Assembly: GCA_963775425.1 (NCBI GenBank)
Contig: CAVZJB010000004.1
Span: forward strand, 1 to 64,000
DNA from: an uncultured delta proteobacterium
GTDB lineage: Bacteria > Myxococcota > UBA727 > VGSZ01
Direction: 5' to 3'
Length of the DNA: 64,000 bases
The notes below the pieces were generated by a model. The model saw nothing but the letters and a program-made list of their open reading frames with translations, was not told the origin of the DNA and ran no database searches. This document shows positions 49,884 through 58,957 of this stretch, one piece after another. A program made the position numbers and the translations under genes. Position 1 is the first letter of the stretch; every line of letters starts with the position of its first letter.

Positions 49884-50093
49884 GGGTTCCCTCATGCACA
49901 CCCGTACGGACCCCGCGGATGGATCCGATCCGATCGCACCGGGACCCGCACGGCGATCGAAACGTCCGCCGCCGGCCGTACCCCGGGCATGGACCAGGGT
50001 GCGTCAACACACACCGAGCGGTACGCTCGGCGAGCGGCCCGCCGGGCGTGCGGCGTCGCGGTGCGGGATTGTGCGAAGGGACGCAGCCGACGC

Positions 50094-50780
50094 GTGAACA
50101 GACAGGTGAAGCCCCCAGGCGCGCCGACACTGGAAGGGGACCTCCGGTTGCTGGCCGCGTTCAAGCGCGGGGAGCGCGAGGCCCTCGCCCGCGTGCTCCG
50201 GCTGTACGCCCCGATGGTCGCGGGCGCGGTGCGCGCCGGCATCCGCTTCACCGTCGACGGCGAGACGCTGCGGGTGGGCCAGGACCTGATGGAGCACGAC
50301 GTCGAGCTCGTCGTGCAGGAGACCTTCGTGCGGGCGTTCGGCGAGAAGGCGCGCGCCTCGTACGACGGCGTCAGGCCGTTCAAGCTCTGGGTGCTCACCA
50401 TCGCCAGGAACCTCGTCATCGACCTCGCGCGCGAGAAGTGGCGCGGCGTGGTCGTCCCCGTCGAGACGCTCGAGCGCTTCCCCAGCAGCGGCCCCGATCC
50501 CGCCCAGGCGTTCGAGGAGTCCGAGCTGCTCCGCCTCGTCACGACGTTCGCCGATGGCCTCGAGGAGCCCGACCGCTCCGTGTACCGGCTGCGCTACCAG
50601 GAGCAGAGGAACGTGCGTGAGACCGGCGCCGCCCTGTCGATGACCGAGATCCGCGTCCGCCGCCGCGAGGCCCACCTGCGCGACCGCCTGCTCTCGTTCC
50701 TGCGCGAGCACGGCTTCCTCGAGAAGGCGCGCGTCTCGTTCGCCTCGAGCCTCCTGCGCAAGAAGGGAGCCGCTTCATGA
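50094..50780 (+). CDS. ECF-type RNA polymerase sigma factor
   Basis: G.REAL, VQETFVRAF, WVLTIARNLVID (region 2), LEEPDRSVYRLRY and HTH (region 4); start approximate. Confidence 0.85.
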   Translation: MNRQVKPPGAPTLEGDLRLLAAFKRGEREALARVLRLYAPMVAGAVRAGIRFTVDGETLRVGQDLMEHDVELVVQETFVRAFGEKARASYDGVRPFKLWVLTIARNLVIDLAREKWRGVVVPVETLERFPSSGPDPAQAFEESELLRLVTTFADGLEEPDRSVYRLRYQEQRNVRETGAALSMTEIRVRRREAHLRDRLLSFLREHGFLEKARVSFASSLLRKKGAAS

Positions 50781-51544
50781 GCCTCAAGAGCTTCCTCCTC
50801 GAGCGCTACGCCGCCGGCCGCCTCCCCGCCGCCGTCGCCGCGCGCGTGGCCCGGCGCGTCTTTACCGACGAGAGCTGGGCGCGCGCCTACCACGAGCTGC
50901 GCGTCGCCGAGCGCGCCGTCGACGGCGCCGCCGCGCTGTCGACGGCGCAGATGGACCGCCTCACCGCCGGCGTGCTCGGGGCCTCGACGCCCGCGCCGCC
51001 GGCGCGCTCGCCCTGGCGCGCGGGCCTGTTCACGCTCGCGGGGGCCGCCGCGTGCGCCGCCGTCCTCCTCGTCGTCGTCCGCCCCGGCCACGACGACACC
51101 GGGTTCCACGCCCGCGGCGGCGACGGCCCGAAGGCCGGCGTGCACGTGCGCTGCGTCGACGCCTCCCGGCAGAACATGCTCGGCGAGGCCGACGTCGCCC
51201 CCGGCGCGCGCCTGTCCTGCCCGCGCGCGGGCCTCCTCGCGTTCTCCGCCACCAACACCGGCGCGGCCGCGGCGTACGTGCAGGGCGTCGCCGTCACCGA
51301 CGCCGCGGACGACGCCGCCCTCTTCACGCTCCCCTTCGCCGGCGAGCCCGCGTTCGCCGTGCCGGCGGGCAGCATCGACCTCCCGCTGCCGCGCGGCTTC
51401 CCGCTCGCGGGCGTCAGCGGGCCCATCCGGCTCTCCGCCGGCCTCTTCGCCCAGGCACCGTCGCCAAGCGGGCCGTCGTCGAGCGCGCCGCCGTCGAGCG
51501 CGCCGTCGCCCGACGGGGCGCTCGTCATCGAGGTCACGCCCTGA
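50777..51544 (+). CDS. Putative single-pass anti-sigma factor
   Basis: ATGA-coupled to the sigma gene; short cytoplasmic LERYAAGRL domain, TM helix, ARGG, then a beta domain. Confidence 0.65.
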   Translation: MSLKSFLLERYAAGRLPAAVAARVARRVFTDESWARAYHELRVAERAVDGAAALSTAQMDRLTAGVLGASTPAPPARSPWRAGLFTLAGAAACAAVLLVVVRPGHDDTGFHARGGDGPKAGVHVRCVDASRQNMLGEADVAPGARLSCPRAGLLAFSATNTGAAAAYVQGVAVTDAADDAALFTLPFAGEPAFAVPAGSIDLPLPRGFPLAGVSGPIRLSAGLFAQAPSPSGPSSSAPPSSAPSPDGALVIEVTP

Positions 51545-51549
51545 CGGCG

Positions 51550-53067
51550 GTGGTCCCCGTCCTCGCCGCCCTCGCGGCGCTCGCCCCCGGCGCCCAAACC
51601 GGGGCGACGGCGCGGTACGTCATCGCCATCGGCTACAACGGCGCCGACGGCGATCCGCGCGGCAAGCTCGAGTTCGCCGACGACGACGCCGCGCGCTTCT
51701 TCCTCGAGGAGAAGGGCGGCGCCAAGCGCGCTTGGCTCCTCACCACGTTCGACACCGAGAGCGCGCGCGCGTTCGGTGACACCGTGGAGCTCGCCAAGGC
51801 CCCCACCGCCGACGAGCTGTCGCGCACGCTCGGCGAAGCGTTCTGGCAGATGCGCCAAGACCGCGACAAGGGAACGCGCACGGAGCTCGTCGTCTACTTC
51901 GCCGGCCACGGCGACATCACCGACGGCGGCGAGGGCTACGTGGTGCTCGCCGACGAGAAGCTCACGCGCTCGCTCCTCGAGAGCGAGGTGCTCATCCCGT
52001 CGCCCGCCGCCACCAACCACCTGCTCATCGACGCGTGCGCGTCGGCCTACATGCTCCCGCGCGGCGGCCACGGCGCGCCCGCGGGCGAGCCGGTGTCGCC
52101 GAGCTTGTTCCTCAAGCGGACGCCGGCGGCGCAGGCGGCGTGGGCGCGCACCGGCGCCATCGTCGCCACCAGCGACGCGAGCGCCGTGCACGAGTCGAGC
52201 GAGATCGGCGGCGGCCTGTTCTCGTTCGCGCTGCGCTCCGCGCTCGTCGGCGCCGGCGACGTCAACGGCGACGGCCGCGTCGAGTACGCCGAGGCCGCCG
52301 CGTTCATCGCCGCGCAGAGCTCGGCTGCACGCGACACACGCGCGCGCGTCAGCGTGCTCGCGCGCGCGCCGGCGCAGCGGCCGCACGCCGCGCTCGCGGA
52401 TCTGGCGCGCGTGGGCGCGTCGCACTTCCTCGTCGTCGATCAGCCACGCACCGCCTCGCTGCGTGTGCTCGACGACCACGGCGAGCCCTACGCCGACGTG
52501 CACCGCGAGGGCGCGGCGCCCCCCGCCATCCTCGCGCTCATGGGCAGCAGCTACTACGTCGTCGTCAACGGGAACGAGGAGGCCGTGCTCGTGCCGCGGC
52601 GGGAGGGGGCGTACGCGCTGTCGTCGTTGTCGTGGAAGCCGGCGCCCCGCGCGCGCGACGCCGCGCCCGCGCTCGGCAAAGCGCCGGTGGCGTTCGGGCC
52701 GCAGTTCGTCGACGGCTACCTGGTCGGCGCCAAGGATCTCGTGCCGCCGCTCGACGGCCAGCCGGTCAAGCTCGCGTTCGCTCCCGACGGTCAGCCGGAG
52801 GTGCACATCCCGTGGTGGACCCTCGCGGGCACGGCGGGCTCCGCGGCTGCCGTGCTGGCGGCGGGCGCGGTGGCGTGCGCGGTGGGCAACTCGCTGTCGC
52901 TGGTGGCCCTCGACGAGAGCTTCCGGCGCACCGGCACGCTCGACCCCGCGCTGTCCCTCCAGACGGACACGTGGCTCGCGGCGTCGGTGTCTCTCGGCGT
53001 CGGCGCGCTCGCCACCGGCGTGGTCGCGGGCGGCCTCGCCTTCGTCGCGACGGAGGACGACAAGTGA
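51550..53067 (+). CDS. Caspase-family (peptidase C14) membrane protein
   Basis: YFAGHG (His) and IDACAS (Cys) dyad, ESSEIGGGLFS, DVNGDGRVEYAE EF-hand-like motif, C-terminal TMs. Confidence 0.85.
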   Translation: MVPVLAALAALAPGAQTGATARYVIAIGYNGADGDPRGKLEFADDDAARFFLEEKGGAKRAWLLTTFDTESARAFGDTVELAKAPTADELSRTLGEAFWQMRQDRDKGTRTELVVYFAGHGDITDGGEGYVVLADEKLTRSLLESEVLIPSPAATNHLLIDACASAYMLPRGGHGAPAGEPVSPSLFLKRTPAAQAAWARTGAIVATSDASAVHESSEIGGGLFSFALRSALVGAGDVNGDGRVEYAEAAAFIAAQSSAARDTRARVSVLARAPAQRPHAALADLARVGASHFLVVDQPRTASLRVLDDHGEPYADVHREGAAPPAILALMGSSYYVVVNGNEEAVLVPRREGAYALSSLSWKPAPRARDAAPALGKAPVAFGPQFVDGYLVGAKDLVPPLDGQPVKLAFAPDGQPEVHIPWWTLAGTAGSAAAVLAAGAVACAVGNSLSLVALDESFRRTGTLDPALSLQTDTWLAASVSLGVGALATGVVAGGLAFVATEDDK

Positions 53068-54014
53068 GCCTTCGCCGTCCACGGCTCCGTCCGGGCCGCC
53101 CGCGTCGTCGGGCGCGCGCGCTCGTCGCGCTCGCGCTCGGCGGGGTGGCGCTCGGCGGCTGCCGCTTCGGGCCGGCGTCGAGCGTCCTCGACGGCGCCAA
53201 CGTCGAGATCGTCGTCGCCGGCACGGCCGACGGGGATCCCGTGCACGTCGACTTCGGCGGCGAGGTCCGCGACGCCGTCGCCGGCAACGCCAATCCGCTC
53301 GTCGTGTACCTCACGCTCGACGTCGGCGAGCACCGCGGCTCGCTCTCCGTCGGCGCCGGCGACGCCGCCGTCTGCGCCGCCCTCGACGGCGACGTCGGCG
53401 ACGGCGTCACCGTGCTCGCGTTCGACGCCCGGCAGCTCCCGCGCTGCGCCGCCCCAGACGCGGGTGAGCCAGACGCGGGTGAGCCGGACGCGGGTGAGCC
53501 AGACGCGGGTGAGCCGGACGCGGGCGAGCCGGACGCGGGCGAGCCGGACGCGGGCGAGCCGGACGCGGGCGAGCCGGACGCCGGGGAGCCGGACGCCGGG
53601 GAGCCGGACGCCGGCGTCGACACAGGCACGTTCGTCGCGATGTCGGAGACGGTGAACGACGCCGTCTGCGTCGACCTGCCCTGCCGCGTCCTCACGACGG
53701 TGTCGTCGCTCGGCACGGTCACCGTCGTCGATCACGCCAATCCGGCCACGAGCGGCGACATCGACGGCGCCGACCTCCTCGCCACGGCCCTCCAGGTGAC
53801 CGGCAGCGACGCCGACACGCTGTTCGCCGGCGACGACCCGCTGTGCCCACAGATCCTCGCCAACCTCGCAGGGCTCGTCATCCTCGAGCGCACCGTCGAG
53901 GATCCGCCGGGCAGCGACACCACCCGGACCGACACCGTCGACGTCAGCCTCTGCACCACCGGAATCGCGCACACGTTGCGCGCGCGCCTCGAGCTCCTGC
54001 GCTCGCTGCTTTGA
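53064..54014 (+). CDS. Lipoprotein with (PDAGE)n linker
   Basis: LGGC lipobox; GTGA overlap with the caspase gene stop. Confidence 0.7.
   Translation: MSLRRPRLRPGRPRRRARALVALALGGVALGGCRFGPASSVLDGANVEIVVAGTADGDPVHVDFGGEVRDAVAGNANPLVVYLTLDVGEHRGSLSVGAGDAAVCAALDGDVGDGVTVLAFDARQLPRCAAPDAGEPDAGEPDAGEPDAGEPDAGEPDAGEPDAGEPDAGEPDAGEPDAGEPDAGVDTGTFVAMSETVNDAVCVDLPCRVLTTVSSLGTVTVVDHANPATSGDIDGADLLATALQVTGSDADTLFAGDDPLCPQILANLAGLVILERTVEDPPGSDTTRTDTVDVSLCTTGIAHTLRARLELLRSLL
53454..53615. repeat. 15-nt coding tandem repeat, 10 x PDAGE + PDAG
   Basis: ccrgacgcsggngag units. Confidence 0.9.
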
Positions 54015-54031
54015 CCCGAAAGCGAGGACCC

Positions 54032-54565
54032 GTGAACCACACCCGCCCTTCGGCTACCGTCCGCTGCGCCGCTGTCCTCGGCGCCGGACTCCTCGCGGCA
54101 ACCCTCCTCGGCGCGGGCTGCGGCGGCGGGCCCTTCGGCGACTTCGTCGTCACGGACGCGTCGCTCCACGACGTCGACTGGCAGTCCGCGGCCATCATCG
54201 GCGGGGCGAGCTGGACGTCGGGTCTGCTGGACCTCACCGACGACAGCGGCCAGGTCCACGCGTTCGACGTCGACGTCAGCGGCCCCGAGGTCGGCTTCTT
54301 CATCGACATCGGCACCGGCGACAACAACCCCGACGACTGCCTCCTTCAGTCGAGCGCCTCGCTCGTGCTGCCGGCCGGCAAGCAGGTGATCGCCGACGAC
54401 GTGGCCGGCGTCTACGCGGGCACCAAGGGCAGCCTGCGCTTCGCGCTCGGCGCCGAGGAGCACGACCTGCAAAACGGCGCCGGCGTGAAGCTCTCGGGGG
54501 GCGCCTTCGACCTCGGCATGGGCATCTGGCTCGGCTTCGAGTGGCTCGGCATCGGCGTGAAGTGA
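54032..54565 (+). CDS. Hypothetical beta-rich lipoprotein
   Basis: GTG start with GAGGA RBS; LGAGC lipobox. Confidence 0.65.
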   Translation: MNHTRPSATVRCAAVLGAGLLAATLLGAGCGGGPFGDFVVTDASLHDVDWQSAAIIGGASWTSGLLDLTDDSGQVHAFDVDVSGPEVGFFIDIGTGDNNPDDCLLQSSASLVLPAGKQVIADDVAGVYAGTKGSLRFALGAEEHDLQNGAGVKLSGGAFDLGMGIWLGFEWLGIGVK

Positions 54566-54694
54566 CGAACCGCGCAGGAGCGGCCGGCCGCGCCAAAGCA
54601 CGCGGCCCCGGGCGCTTCGACACAGGCGCGCGCGCGCGGGCGCGCTGAACCGCCGCGGCGCGGTGGCACGGTTCTTCGACCGTGCGCTTGCGCC

Positions 54695-56311
54695 ATGCGT
54701 GCGTTCGCTTCCCTGCTCACCGGTCTCGCGCTCAGCGCGGTGGGCTGCGCACATCCGCCGTGGAGGGAGCAGGTGCGGAACCTGCCGGAGCCGTCGTCGG
54801 AGCGGCGCGCCTTCGACGGCCTCGAGGGCGCGGAGGGACCGTCCGGCGTGGTGCTCCTGTCGAGCAACGCCGAAGCGTGGGCGACCCGCTGGCAGATGAT
54901 CGCCGACGCCGACCGGCGCATCGACACCGCCACGTTCATCCTCGAGCGCGACATCGTCGGGCTCGCGTTCCTCGGCCACCTCTACGAGCGGGCCCGCGAG
55001 GGGGTGGAGGTGCACCTGCGCATCGACGCGCGCGGGAGCGCGTCCTTCGCGCCGCCCCTCGCGGTGGCGGCCTCGCTCCAGGACCTCGCCGACGCCGGCG
55101 CCGACGTGCGCATCTACAACCCGCCGCTCAACCAGCTCGCGCGGACGCTCGTCGAGGCGAACGCTGCGCCCGTGTCGGCGTGCGCGCACGAGAAGATCCT
55201 CGCCGTGGACGGGCGCCGCGCGGTGACGGGCGGGCGCAACATCGCGTCTGTCTACTACACGTTGCCGAGCGAGAACCGAGGCGCCGTCGTCGACGACGAC
55301 GTCCTCCTCGAAGGCCGCGCCGTCACCGCGCAGCTCGCGCGCATCGTCGACCGCGCGGACAACGAGGTCTCCGTGCCGCCGACGCTCCCGCCAGACGCGG
55401 TGCCGCGCGCCGACCTCCTGATGATGGCGTACGGCGCCATGGACGCGTGGTTGCACGGCGACGTCGTCTTTGAGCCGAGCGACGCGGCCGTGCTCGCGCT
55501 CGAGGCCGCGGGCCTCGCCCGCTTGCCCGGGCTGCCGCCGCGCGCCGTACGCGACGATCTGCGGCCGTACCTGCGCGAGCTCGCGTCGTATCACTCGCTG
55601 TACGGGACGCTCCCGCTCGACGACGTCGAGCGCGACTATGCGGACGTCCGCGTGGTCTACGGAGGGGGCGGCGCCGACGGGCAAGAGCACCACAACTCCG
55701 CCACCGACGCGCTGCTGCGCTGCATCGCCGGCGCGCACAACCGCATCCTGATCCAGTCCCCGTACGTGATGCTCACCCGCGGCGTGCTCGTGGCGCTCGC
55801 GCGCGCGAGCCGGCGGGGCGTGAACATCGACATCGTCACCAACTCGCCGAGCTCGTCGGACAACGACGCGTCGCAGGCGCTCTTCATCGACAGTTGGCCG
55901 GAGCTCGAGGCCCGCTTGCCCACGCTGCGCGTGTTCGTCGCCGCCGACGGTCAGATGCAGCACGTGAAGCGCGTCGTCTGCGACGAAGACCTCACGCTGC
56001 TCGGCAGCTACAACCTCGACCCGCTCTCGGCGCACTTGAACAGCGAAGTGGTGGTGGGCATCTGGTCGCCCGACGTCACCGAGCAAAACCGGAAGATCGT
56101 GGACGACCGCATCAACGGCGGCGAAGTCCTCGAGTACCGCATCGCGCGCGACACGCACGGGCGCGCGATGCGGGACGGCAACGGGAACGTGGTGGTGGCG
56201 TTCGGCCCGAGGAACCACGTCCCCGCCAGGCGCCTCGCCGAGCTCGAGTCGCTGAAGCGCTTCCTCTTCTCCGTGCGAGGCATCTGGGACTTCGAATTCG
56301 TCGTTTGGTGA
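54695..56311 (+). CDS. Phospholipase D family (ClsC-like) lipoprotein
   Basis: Two HKD motifs: HEKILAVD..GGRN and HVKRVVCD..GSYNLD; AVGC lipobox. Confidence 0.88.
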   Translation: MRAFASLLTGLALSAVGCAHPPWREQVRNLPEPSSERRAFDGLEGAEGPSGVVLLSSNAEAWATRWQMIADADRRIDTATFILERDIVGLAFLGHLYERAREGVEVHLRIDARGSASFAPPLAVAASLQDLADAGADVRIYNPPLNQLARTLVEANAAPVSACAHEKILAVDGRRAVTGGRNIASVYYTLPSENRGAVVDDDVLLEGRAVTAQLARIVDRADNEVSVPPTLPPDAVPRADLLMMAYGAMDAWLHGDVVFEPSDAAVLALEAAGLARLPGLPPRAVRDDLRPYLRELASYHSLYGTLPLDDVERDYADVRVVYGGGGADGQEHHNSATDALLRCIAGAHNRILIQSPYVMLTRGVLVALARASRRGVNIDIVTNSPSSSDNDASQALFIDSWPELEARLPTLRVFVAADGQMQHVKRVVCDEDLTLLGSYNLDPLSAHLNSEVVVGIWSPDVTEQNRKIVDDRINGGEVLEYRIARDTHGRAMRDGNGNVVVAFGPRNHVPARRLAELESLKRFLFSVRGIWDFEFVVW

Positions 56312-56320
56312 GGAAAAGCC

Positions 56321-56995
56321 ATGACCACTCTCCGCCGCTACATCGCCACTCCCTTCATCGAGCTCGGCCTCCTCGCAGGAGCCGCCGTGCTCGCCGGCTT
56401 CGCCGCGTGCGCCACCACCGGGCCGCGCGATCTCAACGCCGACGACAACCGCGCCGCGGCCGCCGCCCACCGCGCGCGCGCCGCCGAGGAGATGAGCCGC
56501 TACGACCCGGGCGCGGTCGCCGTACAGTCGACGGTGACGACGTCCGGCCAACACGCCGTCGAGGTCTACAACCCCACCGGCAGGAACCGCGAGCTCGCCG
56601 CGCGCAACATCGCCGAGGCGCGCGCGCACGAAAAAGAGGCGGCGCGGCTGGACACGCTCGACGACGCCGCCTGCGCCGGCGTGCCCGAGGCCGCGCGCGC
56701 CGCCTGCCCGCTCCTCGGCCGCCTCGCGGTGCTCCAGCCGATCCACAACGGCGCGCGCATCCAGCTCCTCGACAAGTCGATGACCGCGGCCTCCGCGGCG
56801 CGCATCCGCTGCCACGCCGCCTTCGCCCGCGCACACGGCCGCGACGGCCTCGAGATGTGTCCGTTGTACGTCGAAGGCCTGCGCGTCGACGTCGACGGCG
56901 ACTGGATCGTGCTGCGCTCCCCGACGCAGGGCCGCGAGCTGCTGCGGCTGTTGCGCGAGCACCTGCCGCCGGCGCCGGACCGGCCTCACCGCTGA
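56321..56995 (+). CDS. Hypothetical Cys-containing lipoprotein
   Basis: FAAC lipobox, AC...ACP and CH...CP motifs; GAGGA RBS. Confidence 0.7.
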   Translation: MTTLRRYIATPFIELGLLAGAAVLAGFAACATTGPRDLNADDNRAAAAAHRARAAEEMSRYDPGAVAVQSTVTTSGQHAVEVYNPTGRNRELAARNIAEARAHEKEAARLDTLDDAACAGVPEAARAACPLLGRLAVLQPIHNGARIQLLDKSMTAASAARIRCHAAFARAHGRDGLEMCPLYVEGLRVDVDGDWIVLRSPTQGRELLRLLREHLPPAPDRPHR

Positions 56996-56999
56996 GGCA

Positions 57000-58142
57000 C
57001 TAGCCCGGCCCGGGCGTCACGGACCAGTCGAGCGTGTACGGGCCGTCCTCCGGGAGCGCGTAGGCGTCCACGACGAGGAACACGGGTTTGGGCGCCGCGT
57101 CCGGGTTCGTGAAGCTGACCACTTCGTCGTCGCCGACGAAGCCGTCGTCGGCGGCGACGAGGCAGTTGCCGTCGAAGGGACAGGTGCCGTCGGTGACGTC
57201 GAGCAGGCCGTCGTGGCTGGGCGTGTTGAGCGTGGCGTCGAGCCGGGCGCCGGGGTCGAGGGTGATGGAATAGACGAAGTCGGGGCCCGCGGAGCCGAAG
57301 GGGCTGCACGCCGTGAGCACCTCCTGCTCGTCCTTCAGATCGGTGGTGTCGCCCGTCTCCGCGCCGCTCGTGCCCACGAGCGGGACGGCGTCGACGCAGT
57401 CGTCCCCGGGGGTCGCGGCGCAGACGCCGGCGATGCAGGACAGCCCGAAGCCGCACCGGGTCCCGGCGTCGATGCCGTCGCACGCCGTGCCCTCGTCGAG
57501 GAGCTTGAGGGCGAGGATCTCGTAGTCCCCGGACTCCTGCGAGGCGACGCCGTCCACCGAGACGAACACGGGCTTGTCGTCGACGACGCCGAAGGTCACC
57601 TCCTCGTGCGAGCCGATGCCGTTGACGTCGTTGGCGCAGCTCACCTCGCTAGTGGCGTCGGCGCACGACGCGATGCGGGCGAACAAGACGGCGTCGTAGC
57701 CCTCGGTCGCCGTCTGCCCGAGCGTGTGCAGGATGACGCGAACGAAGGTGGCTCCGCCCGGGTGCACGACGTAGGTGATGTCGCGCGCGGTGAGGCCGCC
57801 GCAGGTGCCGGCGGTGTCGTTTTCGCGGTCGGACGTGGAGCCGGGCGTGACGACGCCGAAAGGCAGCTCGATCGGGTCGTCGCACGTGCCCGGCACCGGG
57901 ACGCCGGCGTCCTCGGGGCCGGCGTCGGCGACGCCGCCGTCCGCACCGGGCGCCGCGCAGATGCCGCGCGCGGTGTCGCAGGTGGTCCCGTCGGGGCACG
58001 CCTGCCCGTCGAGGCACGGCGTGACGCCGACGAGGAGGTGGCACGACGCCGCGAGCGCGACGAGCGCGGACAGGCCTGCGCACCGCGCGGAGACGACGCG
58101 CGAGCGCGCGACGCCCTTCGCCTGCGACGACGGCGGCCTCAT
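57000..58142 (-). CDS. Cys-rich secreted lipoprotein with two PPC-like beta domains
   Basis: LAASC, GTCDDP / GDDCVDA repeats, D..Y and VSVDG motifs. Confidence 0.75.
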   Translation of the reverse strand: MRPPSSQAKGVARSRVVSARCAGLSALVALAASCHLLVGVTPCLDGQACPDGTTCDTARGICAAPGADGGVADAGPEDAGVPVPGTCDDPIELPFGVVTPGSTSDRENDTAGTCGGLTARDITYVVHPGGATFVRVILHTLGQTATEGYDAVLFARIASCADATSEVSCANDVNGIGSHEEVTFGVVDDKPVFVSVDGVASQESGDYEILALKLLDEGTACDGIDAGTRCGFGLSCIAGVCAATPGDDCVDAVPLVGTSGAETGDTTDLKDEQEVLTACSPFGSAGPDFVYSITLDPGARLDATLNTPSHDGLLDVTDGTCPFDGNCLVAADDGFVGDDEVVSFTNPDAAPKPVFLVVDAYALPEDGPYTLDWSVTPGPG

Positions 58143-58819
58143 TCGGCCACCGCCGCGAGCACGCCGCCGCCCGCCGCGGCGACGGCGGCCACACCCGTGC
58201 ACACCGAGAGCGCGACGAAGGCGACGTCGAGGGTGCGGTAGTCGTCGCCGAGGGGCTTGCCGCGATCGCGCGCTTGCACGAGCAGCGACGCCATCTGCGA
58301 CGACACGCCGAGCGCGCCGCCGCCGCAGCCCGCGACGACGACGGCGCCGGCCGCCGCCGAGTACACGCCCGTGTAGAAGAGCCCACCATGGGGCGCCTGC
58401 GGCGGCGCGGCCGCGTGCCCCGACAGGAGCGCGGCGAGCGCGTCGTCCGCCGAGCGCCGGGGGTCGTCACCGAGCGTGGTGGAGGTGCGGGCCGCGGTGC
58501 GCGCGGGGACGTCGACGAGCAGCAGGTCGATGCGCTTGTCCTTCACGCGCAGGACGACGATGCGATCGAGCTCGCTCAAGACGCCGAGCCGCGCCCAACA
58601 GTCGGGCCCCTCGTCGAACGCGCACGCGGCGCCGACGTGGCGCGCCTCGGCGACGGCCTTGTCCACGGCGGCGGCGGACTGCACGTCGAAGCGCCCGAGC
58701 TCGACGGCCGCCGCCGCCAGCGCCGCCGCCACGTCCGGCGCCCCCGCCGCGGTGGTGTCCACGACGCCCAGCCGCGGCTGAGCGGCCGCGAGTCCGAGAG
58801 CGAGCGCGACGGCAATCAT
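58139..58819 (-). CDS. Hypothetical membrane protein
   Basis: Signal peptide MIAVALAL, C...C pair, C-terminal TMs; ATGA overlap with the downstream gene. Confidence 0.65.
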   Translation of the reverse strand: MIAVALALGLAAAQPRLGVVDTTAAGAPDVAAALAAAAVELGRFDVQSAAAVDKAVAEARHVGAACAFDEGPDCWARLGVLSELDRIVVLRVKDKRIDLLLVDVPARTAARTSTTLGDDPRRSADDALAALLSGHAAAPPQAPHGGLFYTGVYSAAAGAVVVAGCGGGALGVSSQMASLLVQARDRGKPLGDDYRTLDVAFVALSVCTGVAAVAAAGGGVLAAVAE

Positions 58820-58957
58820 GCTCCGCGAGGGTACCGCGCCGCACACGGCGCGCGCGAAGCGACGCTGAGGGAGGCTGCCCCCCTCGCGGCGCGCGTCGTC
58901 GTGTCGGCCGATGTGCCGCCTCGCGTCGGCGCGCGCGGCGCACGCTATCCTCCTCGA

